Shown in pieces: positions 52,832 to 64,000 of a DNA stretch of 64,000 nt (positions within the stretch are counted from its first letter, which is position 1; each line of letters starts with the position of its first letter). The notes under the pieces were generated by a model. It did no database searches and was not told the origin of the DNA. It worked only from the letters and a program-made list of their open reading frames with translations. The position numbers and the translations under genes were made by a program. The DNA comes from Octopus sinensis (taxonomy: Eukaryota): positions 136,710,001 to 136,774,000 of the forward strand of contig NC_042999.1 of the NCBI RefSeq assembly GCF_006345805.1, written 5' to 3'.

Positions 52832-53139
52832 TGCACACTCACACACTCCATTGTCCATTGTTTAACGTTTATATTTCCATGCTTGGCATAGGTCAAACAA
52901 TAGTATATCAGAGCAGAGTTTTCTATTGCCAGATGCTCTTCCTGATGCCAACCCCTGCCTGTTTACAAGCAAGGTTATAATTGTCCAGTCTCTTGAACAA
53001 CAAACAACCCAAACATGGTTACATGGAGAACTGGAAATGGCACAATTTGAATGCGGTTTTTGTTAGCATAAATTACGCAACATCTCAAGAAGCCCAGATT
53101 TTTTTTTGCTTAGGACTGCAAATAAATGACCCCTTCAAC

Positions 53140-53405
53140 AACATTGTTTGCAACCAGTGAAGACAAGGACATAATACAAACTCATTCACGGAAACACACA
53201 CACACTCATACTCGTGTGTGTGTGTGTAGATATATCGTGTACATACATTTACATGACAGGTTTCTTTCAGTTTCCACCTACCAAATTCAGTCATAAGGCT
53301 CTGAGGTTTTAGTCAGCCCAGAACTATAGTAGAAAACAGTTGCTCAAGATGTAATATTGTGGGACTGGACCCAAAAATATATGGTTGGGAAGCAAGCTTC
53401 TTAAT
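53140..53405 (-). mobile_element. SINE family A head, reverse
   Basis: gtttctttcagtttccacctaccaaattc...gtgggactggacccaaaa..atggttgggaagcaagcttctt. Confidence 0.7.
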
Positions 53406-53599
53406 CTACCTACATACACACACACTTTTTTAAGTGATTTGACATTGATTATTTGTTAACCAAGCATTGAACACAAGTGGAATATTGTTGTCATACACAT
53501 ACATATACACACACTCATACACAAACTTACACACACACATGTGTGAGTGTACAAAGAAATGTTGGATTAAATTTAACTTATTGTGACAAAATGGACCAT

Positions 53600-54090
53600 A
53601 ATGATGACTGCAAAGCTTTTATGACATGCAAGAGAGACAACTGCATTGGTTTGGTCATGTGATGCATATGGAAGAGGACAGCTGTGTAAAGAAGTGCCAG
53701 GAAGACATGGGATGAAGTGGTGAGAAAAGATCTTTGGACACTGGGCCCACTGAGGAAATGACAAGAGATTAGGAGATGTGGTGGATTAGCTGTACTTGTT
53801 AAGACACATCAAGCTCAGTAAAATTGCTGTCTTCCACATGTACAGGCTTGTCCTTTCAGCCAATGCCAGTTAAAAAGCACTCATGCTGGTATTGCATTAA
53901 TGTGCCCATGCTGGTGACATGTAAAAAGCACCCAGCACACTCTGTAAAGTGGTTAGCATTAGGAAGGCCATCCAGCCATAGAAACCATGCCACAACAGAC
54001 AGTTGGAGTCTGAACAACTCCCTGCTAGCCAGTTCCATATCAAACCATCCAACCCATGCCAGTGTGGAAAGCAGATGGTAAATGATGTTG
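53600..54090 (+). mobile_element. RTE LINE C-terminal/3'UTR fragment
   Basis: LHWFGHVMHMEEDSCVKKC / PRKTWDEVVRKDL-like segment followed by the shared 3'UTR. Confidence 0.8.
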
Positions 54091-54254
54091 AGTTACAGAA
54101 GTGGTTTGCCAGTTGCAACTTTCTTGCATTCTTTCTCTGCTTATATAATTCCCAGAACTATTGACCTTACAAAGTTTTAACTGAACATCAATTTTGTCTG
54201 TCTCACAAGTTTTGAAAAGTCTGGAAGCTCATGAACATTGTCTCTTCTCCTGAA

Positions 54255-54499
54255 CCCTTAAGCATTTAAGCCAGCCATATCTGACCAAATTATTCTGCCA
54301 CTTTTATGTTCAAACTGGCCAGATTCAACATCTCACACCTGCACTACAATGTTATTCTAAAAATAAACAATCACATCATCAAAATGTTGAAGCCACAATA
54401 TATTGAAGCATGATTAATAAAAAGACAAGCATGATTAATAAAAAGACAATGTGAATAAATAAGCAAAACATTTGACAGAATAATGTGAATACTAAAGGG
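54255..54499. mobile_element. TTAA-type (piggyBac-like) MITE
   Basis: tgaa|cccttaagcattt ... aatactaaaggg|ttaa. Internal 22-bp tandem duplication aagcatgattaataaaaagac. Confidence 0.7.
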
Positions 54500-54828
54500 T
54501 TAAACTATTAACTGTTTAACGATTAGACTGTTTAATAGAAAATCTACATGTGGTATCAGGAGCAATAACATTATGGTTACTGGTTAAACATCATATAATA
54601 GTAAGTCAATATCCGGTAAATCCCAGTTAAATATAATTTCAATAGTTTTAATATTATTAAACATAAAGAAAAAAAAAATCCCTCCTCAAATAGTTGCTAA
54701 GGCTCCCAATTTATATTTTATAAGAGTTTATTTATACTTTCTGAGAAATTATTAAACCTTCATTTATTTTTTTTAAAGAAAAAAGAAGAAAATTCTTAGA
54801 GAATCAATAACATCTTTGTGTCTTATAG

Positions 54829-54964
54829 GTAGTTTTGGTGGAAAACTTGGGTTTATCGGTTGCATGAGACATTTAGATATTGGTAACCTACCAGTTGATG
54901 ATGGAATGCCAAGAGGTTCAAAGCCTGTGGGAATTACCATTGGAAACTGTGCTATTCGAAATAG
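54829..54964 (+). CDS. Nrx-IV: Exon H: end of laminin-G domain 2
   Basis: ttatag|GT...AG|gtaagt. GSFGGKLGFIGCMRHLDIGNLPVDDGMPRGSKPVGITIGNCAIRN(R), with FxGCMR and CxIxxR. 136 bp, phase 1->2. Confidence 0.93.
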
Positions 54965-55222
54965 GTAAGTATAATTTACTGTCACTTTTTAGCTACTTAA
55001 CAAATCGCTACATTTTAATGAGCTCAGATAATTGGGATGTAAAGATGTCATTGTTGTTTTACACAGGTTAGAATAATGAAATACTCTGGGGATGTGATGA
55101 GAACATGTGTAAAGAAATATTGTCAGATAAAGTTGATAAAGCATTTTGTTTATAGCAATATTTCATATGGATAATTAAAATACTTTAATAATTTGGTTTC
55201 TAAGATTTTTTGTCGTTCATGA

Positions 55223-55438
<216 letters not shown>

Positions 55439-55571
55439 TGATATCTATGCCTTTCTCAAAGACATTTGAAATGAAAATGAAATAAGTTGACTTCACCAGG
55501 ATATTACTGCAATAACAACATTCTTGGAATATATGCTTTGTACGTTGGCATTTTAACCACATATTGTATTC

Positions 55572-56012
55572 TTTTATTCTTTTGCTTGTTTCAGTAATTT
55601 AATTGCAGCCATACTGGAGCACTGTCTTGAAGGAGTTTTTAGTTAAACAAATTAACCCCAGAACTTATTCTTTGTAATCTTAGTACTTATTTTATCGATC
55701 TCATTTGCTGAACTACTAAGTTATGGGGATGTAGACACATTAGCATCAATTGTCAAGCAGTGATAGGGGGACAAAATCAGGCACAAAGACACACACACAC
55801 ACACACACATACATACATACATACACACACATACATATACACACATACATTCATGACAGGCTTCTTTGATTTTCCATCTACCAAATCCACTTGCAAGACT
55901 TTGGCTGGCCCAAATCTATAGTAAAAAATCTCTTGCTCAAGGTGCCACACAGTGGGACTGAACTCAGAACCACATGGTTGAGAAGCAAGCTTCTTACCAT
56001 GCAGCCACACCT
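55572..56012 (-). mobile_element. SINE family A, full length, reverse
   Basis: ttttgcttgtttcagtaa...agcaagcttcttaccatgcagccacacctg. Confidence 0.85.
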
Positions 56013-56443
56013 GCTACAGTACTATATTTTCTTGACTTCTACTTGTTTGACGGGTGAGTTGATTTGGGATTGTGTATTGCGACTAATTCAACTGCATTAA
56101 AGTCATTAAATACATACACTTATATTCACTTTTAATTTGTCATTTTATAGCAATAATACATGCATCCATGCATTCATTCATTCTCAAATATCAAAGTCTT
56201 TTTGGTAAACAACATTGGCCTGGTCCCAGACATTCTGCTTTACTGAGTAAAAAGCCAAGTGTTTTCTCCAAGATTAAAGACATTGTCACTTCAGTTTCTC
56301 CATTATGATAGACTTATTTGAAATTAAATTTTGGTGCAATTTTCAAAATATGAAATAACCACTGGTATTACAGGAGACAGTATTAACCAGAGTAAAAGAG
56401 GCAAAATGTGGGATATTTCTGGGTTGGGAAAAGAACTAATATT

Positions 56444-56863
56444 GGATCTTTTCGGTTTGAACAGCAGTTTTTTCTAGTGGTGTCATATGAAATTGTCACC
56501 CATGATTATGACTCCAGTATCGATCTATTGCATTTCAATCTGTTTTAGGATTAGGGCCGAGTTAGGGGGGGGGGAGGGTATCTTTTTTTTCTTCACAAAT
56601 GTAAATAAACCCAATCTGTTTCTTAAACGAGGGACATATTCATACGGCACAGAATGTTTTTTACCTCAATCGACGTCAGTGATTGGTTGAAATTGCAGAA
56701 ATTGAAGAAAAAAACAACAAATATCTTACAAACTATAGAATTTTCTCAATAAAGCCAAGAGAAAAAGATGTTTTATAAACACATTCTACTAGTATACGAA
56801 GTTTAAAATTTTTTAGTTACCTAGAAATTTTGTTAAAAACTGCCATTCAAACCGAAAAGATCC
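56444..56863. mobile_element. Non-autonomous TIR element (MITE) with perfect 8-bp TSD
   Basis: TIRs ggatcttttcggtttgaacagcagttttt / aaaaactgccattcaaaccgaaaagatcc. TSD ctaatatt at 56436-56443 and 56864-56871. Confidence 0.92.
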
Positions 56864-57555
56864 CTAATATTTCTTTTCACTCTCAGATATTTTACTATGA
56901 AGAATGAACTGGCTTCCCAGTTCTTCATATAACTAACCCCTATATGTTTTGGATATAACAAGTAGAATTTATGCTGGTGAAGTTTTTACTTTGTGATTGC
57001 AGTAAAACTGTTAACACTAATAATCAAAAGAATTAGATAAGTAAAAGGAATTTTTTTTTCCCCGCCATTAATGATAAATTGCTTTTCAGAAATAAGAACA
57101 TTCCTAAATATTCTGAAATATAAGTCAACTTTAAAACCTGTTTCCCTATAAATTTCCAGAAAATAAATTACAGTAATATTTAGATTTTTTTCCCTAGTTT
57201 TATATTACTGTATTTTTTTAACTAGTCAAGAAGAATGGAGTTTTATCACAGCTGTTTCAAAATATTATCATTACAAATACTTTTTGCATTTTTATTTGAG
57301 ATGACTAGCTTTATTGATACAAAGCCTATTATTTTTTCTCGTTGTATATTTTCACTTTCCACCGAGTCAGCAAAAGAGAACAAAAATAAATAAATAAATC
57401 AGAACTTGCTTACATTTTAAAGACCAAAGTGATACAATTTATTAAGTTGTATTCAAATGTCTCAGCAAAAAATAATAGTCTTAGAGTTAATTCTCCTGTT
57501 TATTCTTCCATATTTTTCAGTTTTGTATCATTTTCTTTGTGGTTTCTTTTTACAG

Positions 57556-57690
57556 CTGAACATTACTTGTCATGCCATTACTTCAAGATACATTCTCAGA
57601 ATGAAATATCAAAAATAATTAAAGTTGATCTTGACGGTTCTGGACCTCTGAGACCATTTACTATAGACTGCTCATTGAAAAGTGAAGATG
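57556..57690 (+). CDS. Nrx-IV: Exon J: start of fibrinogen-like domain
   Basis: ttacag|CT...GATG|gtaag. SEHYLSCHYFKIHSQNEISKIIKVDLDGSGPLRPFTIDCSLKSED, with the Caspr-diagnostic DxDGSGPLxP motif. 135 bp, phase 1->1. The gene continues beyond the window. Confidence 0.95.
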
Positions 57691-57719
57691 GTAAGTCTTA
57701 CCTTAAATATCATTTTATG

Positions 57720-57915
57720 TCAATTTCTGACAGAGACACTAGGCCACAATATTGAGGGAAAGGGAGAGTCAATGTATTTGACAGGTGATTTATTTTATTA
57801 ATTCCAGAAGGATGAAACACTTAGCTGACCTCAACAGGAATTGAACTGAGAATATAAAGGGCCATAACTAAATACTGCATGTCATTTTGTTTAATGCTCA
57901 GTTGACTCTTCCAAT
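57720..57915 (-). mobile_element. SINE family B, reverse, immediately downstream of exon J
   Basis: ggccacaatatt...ccagaaggatgaaa...gacctcaacaggaattgaactgagaat. Confidence 0.6.
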
Positions 57916-58035
57916 CCTATCATTATATATCAAGCAAGGTTTGCTGGGTATCAATATTTTAGTTTTTGTTATTGATCAACTATCTAAAACCTCTACATCA
58001 GTTACACATGACCTGTTTAAAATCCTTTTTCTTAG

Positions 58036-58212
58036 AAAAATTTTGTAAATCATTATTCTTATTCATTTTGTATATAAGGTTTTATCCAATTCCCCTTTAA
58101 TGCTATCATTCAAAAAATAATAAAAATTTTGTAAATTGTTATTCTTATTCATTTTGTATATAAGGTTTTATCCAATTCCCATTTTAAGGCAGGCATTCAA
58201 AAAATAATAAAA
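58036..58212. repeat. Tandem duplication of ~88 bp
   Basis: ttttgtaaat..ttattcttattcattttgtatataaggttttatccaattcccc...cattcaaaaaataataaaa occurs twice. Confidence 0.9.
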
Positions 58213-58308
58213 GTTGGATAAAACTTTCCAAAATGTAACTTCTTGCTATCTAGGATTTCACCTCCAGGTAATGAAAAAAATTTTTAAAACTGTTTACCTT
58301 ATGTTTAA

Positions 58309-58528
58309 CCCTTTCATTACCAACCCGGCTGAAACCGGCTCTGGCTGTGAGTACAAATGTCTTGTTTTCATAAGTTTGGAATTAAAATCTTCCAACAAAC
58401 CTTAGTCACAATTTATGTTTCTAACACTAGCTTAATGGTAATAAAGATATCTTACTAAATTCTTTGTTATATTTAAAGTAATTGAAAGAAACACAGAGCA
58501 TCTCAAAAGAAATACAGTAACAAAAGGG
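58309..58528. mobile_element. piggyBac-type MITE, copy 1
   Basis: TTAA|ccctttcattac ... gtaacaaaaggg|TTAA. Confidence 0.88.
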
Positions 58529-58831
58529 TTAACTGCACTATGTGGCAAAAATAAAAGCAAGGATTTAATCTTTGTGCCTTTGCTCATGATAATTTTAGAA
58601 TGTCTTGCAGTTCTCTCTTTCTTGAACTTTTCATAATATGAACAGAAAAGTAAAATACACATATAAATTTCTTCCAATATGAAATTATTTTCCATTCTAA
58701 ACCTACATTTCTTCAGAAAACAATATTCCTGACAATCTTACTAAATCTCAAATTGATTAAAATTGTTCATTCTAAGTAGCCCCAATTATGTATGATCATG
58801 TAGTATCATGATGTAAAGGAAATCTTTTTAA

Positions 58832-59045
58832 CCCTTTCGTTACCAACCCAGCTGAAACCAGCTCTGGGTACAAATACCTTGTTTTCATAAGTTTTGAATT
58901 AAAATCTTCTACTAAACTTTAGTCACAATTTATGTTTCTAACAGTAGCTTAATGATAACAAAGTTATTTTACTAAATTCTTTGATATATTTAAAATAATT
59001 GAAAGAAACACAAAGCATCTCAACAGAAATATGGTAACAAAAGGG
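58832..59045. mobile_element. piggyBac-type MITE, copy 2 (same orientation)
   Basis: TTAA|ccctttcgttac ... gtaacaaaaggg|TTAA, highly similar to copy 1. Confidence 0.88.
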
Positions 59046-61839
59046 TTAATGGTTAGAGTTTACCAAGAAAATTAACCCAATAGATGTCATTTACCAAGAA
59101 AATAAACCCAGCAGATGTCATTTACCATTTGACTATTTATCTCAGTATGTCTATGTACTTTGTTCTAAAGAATCTAAAGAGTTTGAAGAGCTCAGAAAAC
59201 CATGATCAAATTCATACTCAGAACTGTAAACTGCTGAACAATTTTGATTTTAGTTTTTAGCAGAATTCTTCATTTTTAACATAATTTCTAAACTCTAATT
59301 CTTGTTAAATACACCGTGTTATTTGGTGGTAATTTGTTTAGTTCATTGGCAATTGGCTTTTTTTTTTTCAATGTACAGTTCCATGTATGATGCAAACTTG
59401 AGGGCAACCCTCTATAACTACTGCTTGAGCCACAAAAGCTCAACTCTTCAAAATATATTAGTTAGAAACTGAAACCACAGAAAGTAATTAAGATATCATT
59501 TTTAAAGGAAATCATTAACTGGCCTGCCTTTATATAGTTTGTAATTGATGTTTTTTCATAATTATGCTGCTAAAATTTTCTTCCTTGGGTGAAAAGCTGT
59601 AGAATATCTTTAAAAGATTGGTTTGGAAGAAATTATGGCTGTAATTACCAAAGTCAAATTTTAATAAACTGTTTATAATTCAGTCAAATTGAATTTGATT
59701 TAGAATCTTTACAATTCTCTCCATTGAATAGTTTTGTCACCATGTTAGCTTCAGGCAACATCAACCTCACAATTATTTCGTATTCTAACTTACATTACTG
59801 ATACGTTTTTCTTCTTTTGAATTTCAATTACCTGAAAGCAATAATGGGAAAATGTTTCTTAATTATATTTTCAAGAAAGATGTGTTAGAGGTTATCAGCC
59901 ATAAAATGTTATAATTTCATATTGCTATTTATCAGGGAAATTGTGTAAATCCTTTTCTTTCTGTACAAATCTAGAATTCTTACATGGTATTTAGATATGA
60001 AGAGCTTGTAATTATTCACTTTGAAAGAAAACAGTTTCCAATAATCCTTCATATTGACTGTATTTCTTATGTTTGGGAAACATACACTGACTAAGCCATG
60101 TCCAGAGAATACACAAATAGGTTTTGAACTTTCAAAATTGTTTGTAAAAATTATTTGAACTGTTACTTATTGATCTATAAGTTGAAGAGCATTTGGTTAC
60201 ACAAGGCCACATCCAAAAGGAAGATAAGGTCTTTTGAAGCAATAAAGAAGGAATTATAAAGTCTATGCTCTGTAGTCTTGTGATTTCTTATCTGTTTTGT
60301 TAACAAAGCAGGAATGCATAAATGTTACATTTTCATGCATGAACACTTTCTGTCAATTCTGTGAATCCTTGATAAATCACAGAAAATTGTCATAAACCAA
60401 TATCCAACTGTGTTTCTTTATGACACTGTATGTGATAAAAGTATCCTAGCAAGAATAGTCTATAATCTCGGTTATTTGTTGATACCTAAAAATGGCAGGG
60501 CTTCTTCAAATGTTCTTTTGTTCCTTGTTTCAAGGATTATGATTATTGGTTTCACCTATCACAAATTTTTTTCCATGGAATTGTTCTTCTTGTTACAATT
60601 ATCGGTATCAAACATACAGTCATCATCAAACTGTATGTACTAACAGAAATATAAAACATATTTTTAGAGCATACTTATACATATTTAAATATACACATTT
60701 AGGCATACATATTTATTTTATGCTTCTCTATGCCATAATAATTGATTTTCACAAGTATTGTTATTTCCATAAAGCCAAACATTTATATATATATATATAT
60801 ATTTGTTTACTGTTAGTTACCTTTCTTGTACAACTGAAAAGTTAAAATGATCATATTTCTGTACATTACCCAATGGTTGGAGCTATCTTAGTAGCACTAC
60901 AGGCACCTGGGCAGTTCATTGCACTGGGTCCTATTGTATTAATTTATTGGCTGCAGTCTACAATATATACCAATTAGAATTGAACCTCTAGACTTGTGAG
61001 GCACCAGGCCAACTGCCCAGTGTGCCCATGCCTCATGACAGCACTTCCATTCATATAAACACAATGGCAGCTATAAAGTTTGAATCCATGATTATATAAT
61101 CTACTGTTTGATATGTTACCCATTTTAATACTACATTTTAGTCCATGGCTACTTACAGTAGAGTTCACTCTTCTTGAAAGCATTCATGTCAGGCAAAGGG
61201 ATATCATATGTTGATTCCCAAGACACCTATTCATGGTTTATCAGAAAGTACAGGTGGATAAAAAATTCCCACCAGAGACCCACTGACACATAGTATAAGG
61301 TTTCAACTCCATGGATTATGCATTGGGTGTCTACCATACAGGCTGAAATACAATTTTGTATCCTCTACTCTCCCAGCTTGTAACCAGTGCCTTAAGGCAG
61401 CAAACTAGCTAAGTAAATGCTTTGTGATATCCATTCCTACTCTTTAAGCCCAAATCCTGCCAACTTTGCTTCTATCCCTTTGAGATAGATAAATGAAGTA
61501 CCAGTCCAGTATTGGAGTTGACCCCTCCCTCTCTCTCTTTTAAAAATCAGCCATAATCAAATCTGGGAGTAGATAGCTCCACCAGGTCATAAAATGCCTA
61601 AGACATGCTTATGTCTTGGCAGCTGCCCTATATATCTATTAGAAGTTGACCTGAAGGCAAGGCAATTGATGCCCCAGCCAACTTCATATTTTGAGAGCCA
61701 ACTCAAGACAACTAACACCCACCAGAAACAGATAATGATTTTTTTAAATCTTATCTTATTTTCGATGTTATTTTCATATTTTTCTTATATATATGTGTCA
61801 CCTGTATGTCTGCAGCAAAGCCTTTCAATTACATATATA

Positions 61840-62020
61840 TTTGTGTGTGAGTTTGTGTTTGTCCCACCACCACCACTTGATAGCTGTTGGTTTGTTTATG
61901 TCCCCATAACACAATGGTTCAGCAAAAATGAGTTCTGGGTTTGATTCATTTTATTAAAACCTATCATGGTGTTGCCCCCATGTGGCCACAATCCTGTGAC
62001 TGAAACACATAAATGAAAAA
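61840..62020 (+). mobile_element. SINE family A, 3' half
   Basis: tgtgtttgtcccaccacc..cttga...gtccccataac...ccccatgtggccacaatc..gtgactgaaac. Confidence 0.65.
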
Positions 62021-62040
62021 ATTATGTATATATATATATA

Positions 62041-62853
62041 AAAACAAAACAAATCAAAATAGATGAACATCAATGGAATTTGTATCTTTGTGGTACCAGT
62101 GCCGGTGGCACACAAGAAAACTATCCGAACGTGGCCGTAGCCAGTACCGCATCGACTGGCCTCCGTGCTGTGGGCAAGTAACAAACACCATCCGATCGTG
62201 GCCGTTTTGCCAGCCTCATCTGGCACATAAAAACACCATCCGAAGACCCGGCAAGACTAGTCAGGCCATAACCCGTGGCCCCTACCTGGGACGTAGTCAG
62301 TCCACCTGTGCATACCTTCCTTCTTGTGACACTTGTGAAGACCTGTTGAGGCAAGTGAAAATCAATCAAAACAAATCAAAATAGATGAACATCAATGGAA
62401 TTTGTATCTTTGTGGTACCAGTGCCGGTGGCACACAAGAAAACCATCCGAACGTGGCCGTAGCCAGTACCGCATCGACTGGCCTCCGTGCTGCGGGCACG
62501 TAACAAACACCATCCGATCGTGGCCGTTCGCCAGCCTCATCTGGCACCTGTGTCGGTGGCACATAAAAACACCATCCGAGCGTGGCCGTCTGCCAGCCTC
62601 GTCTGGCACCTGTGTCGGTGGCACATAAAAAACACCATCCGAGCGTGGCCATTCGCCAGCCTCGTCTGGCACCTGTGTCGGTGGCACATAAAATCACCCA
62701 CTACACTCTCGGAGTGGTTGGCGTTAGGAAGGGCATCCAGCTGTAGAAACACTGCCAGATCTGACTGGCCTGGTGCAGCCTTCGGGCTCCCCAGACCCCA
62801 GTTGAACCGTCCAACCCATGCTAGCATGGAAAACGGACGCTAAATGAATGATG
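62041..62853 (+). mobile_element. Young RTE LINE 3' end with internal duplications
   Basis: CpG-rich. A ~185-bp block is repeated at 322-bp spacing, followed by ~62-bp tandem units tggcacctgtgtcggtggcacataaaaacaccatccgagcgtggcc and the same tail as 51393-52025. Confidence 0.85.
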
Positions 62854-62874
62854 ATATATATATAGATATATGTT

Positions 62875-63760
62875 AAGCAGTGTCTAGGTATAAGCAAACT
62901 TTAGATTTGTTAAAATATGTTTGTGATTTCAAAAGGAAAATTCACTGCAGTTACTATGAAGAAAAAAATTCTCTTCTGGTGAAAGGTGTAAAAAACACCA
63001 TATCTGCCCAGTGCTGTTCGCTGTTGGATTCCTAGATGCTGCATTTCTAGCTGTTTCACTGTTATCAATGGGAAATACCAAAGAGAGGCAACTCTGGGCA
63101 GATTTAAAACCATAGCTTCACTGAAACACAGTCACCAACACTGACTGAGTTGTGCTATTGGACCTCCAAGTGAGAAGAAATTCAGGGGTATCAGCACCCA
63201 TCAGTGTTTTGGCATAAGCAAACCCTTAAAATATGTTTGTGGCATATTTTGACTTCTAAATGCAAATTCACTGCAGCTACTGTGGAGAAAAAAATTTTCT
63301 CTTATGGTAAAAAAATGGTGTAAAAATACCATATGTACCCAGAGTTGTCCCCTTTTGGATTCTCATTTCTAGCTCTTTAGCCGTTATCAATAGGAAATAC
63401 TGAAAAGGGGTAACTCTGGACAGATTTAAAGCCACAGCATTAATTAAAACACAGTCAACAACATTGACCAAGTTGCAGTATTAGACCACCAAGTCAAGAG
63501 AAATTCAGCAGTATCAGTGCCAAGCAATATTTAAGCATAAGCAAATATTAGGTTAGTTAAAATATGTTTGTAACATATTTCAACTTCTAAAGGCAAATTC
63601 ACTACTGTTAGCATGGAGAAAAGAATCTGCCAAAAGTTAGCTCTTGTTGGTATTTCCATTTGATAACAGATAAATAACTAGAAATACTGCATCTGGGAAT
63701 CCAACACTGAGTAACACTGGGCAGATATGGTGTTTTTACTACAAGAGAAAATTTAAGTTT
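62875..63760. repeat. ~324-bp tandem repeat, ~2.7 diverged units
   Basis: Anchor ataagcaaa at 62890, 63214 and 63537. Shared ttaaaatatgtttgt and aaattcact motifs. Confidence 0.9.
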
Positions 63761-64000
63761 CTTGCCATGAGACCTTGGACAGTAGGAGATCAAGTTGTTT
63801 CTTAAAAAGATCTACCCCTACTCCATGTAGATCCTTCAGATGCTTTGGTAAGGTATTAAATAACTATGGGCCCTTGAATCCCATGCTATTGCAATACATG
63901 GTCTTCACTCTAAACAGGATAGCTGGGACCTTTGGAACAGTGCAGTGACCACCAGTTCAAGGGCTGGTATAGTTCTCGATGCCTAAGTTTGGTGTCAACT

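Noticed and set aside
62440-62700. CRISPR-like appearance of regularly spaced repeats
   Set aside because: The units are wholly repeated with no unique spacers, lie in a LINE 3'UTR, and the context is eukaryotic with no cas genes.
57691-64000. Next fibrinogen-domain exon
   Set aside because: No phase-1 exon with Caspr-like sequence was identified; it is presumably downstream of the window.

Overview
AT-rich eukaryotic genomic DNA. The repeat families look like those of an octopus/coleoid cephalopod; this is my recognition, not a database result. The whole window lies inside one + strand multi-exon gene of the neurexin IV / contactin-associated protein (Caspr/CNTNAP) family. Ten GT-AG exons (5481-57690, 1483 bp) splice in frame into the end of a discoidin (F5/8 C) domain, two laminin-G domains, an EGF domain and the start of a fibrinogen-like domain. 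The start and end of the gene are outside the window. The introns are packed with decayed mobile DNA: three mariner remnants, two hAT elements, a piggyBac derivative and TTAA-MITEs, RTE and CR1/L2-type LINE pieces, three SINE families and microsatellites. Nearly all ORFs in the supplied track are spurious or TE-derived. I find no new protein system. The most notable non-standard signals are: an intact-looking type I hammerhead ribozyme motif in sense orientation in an intron (52649-52699) and a decayed second one (47155-47202); a 187-bp near-perfect palindrome (50574-50760); inverted SINE pairs; a ~324-bp tandem repeat whose third unit has an internal inversion; and an apparent extra intron relative to vertebrate CNTNAP genes. 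Repeat boundaries are approximate; exon boundaries were read base by base.
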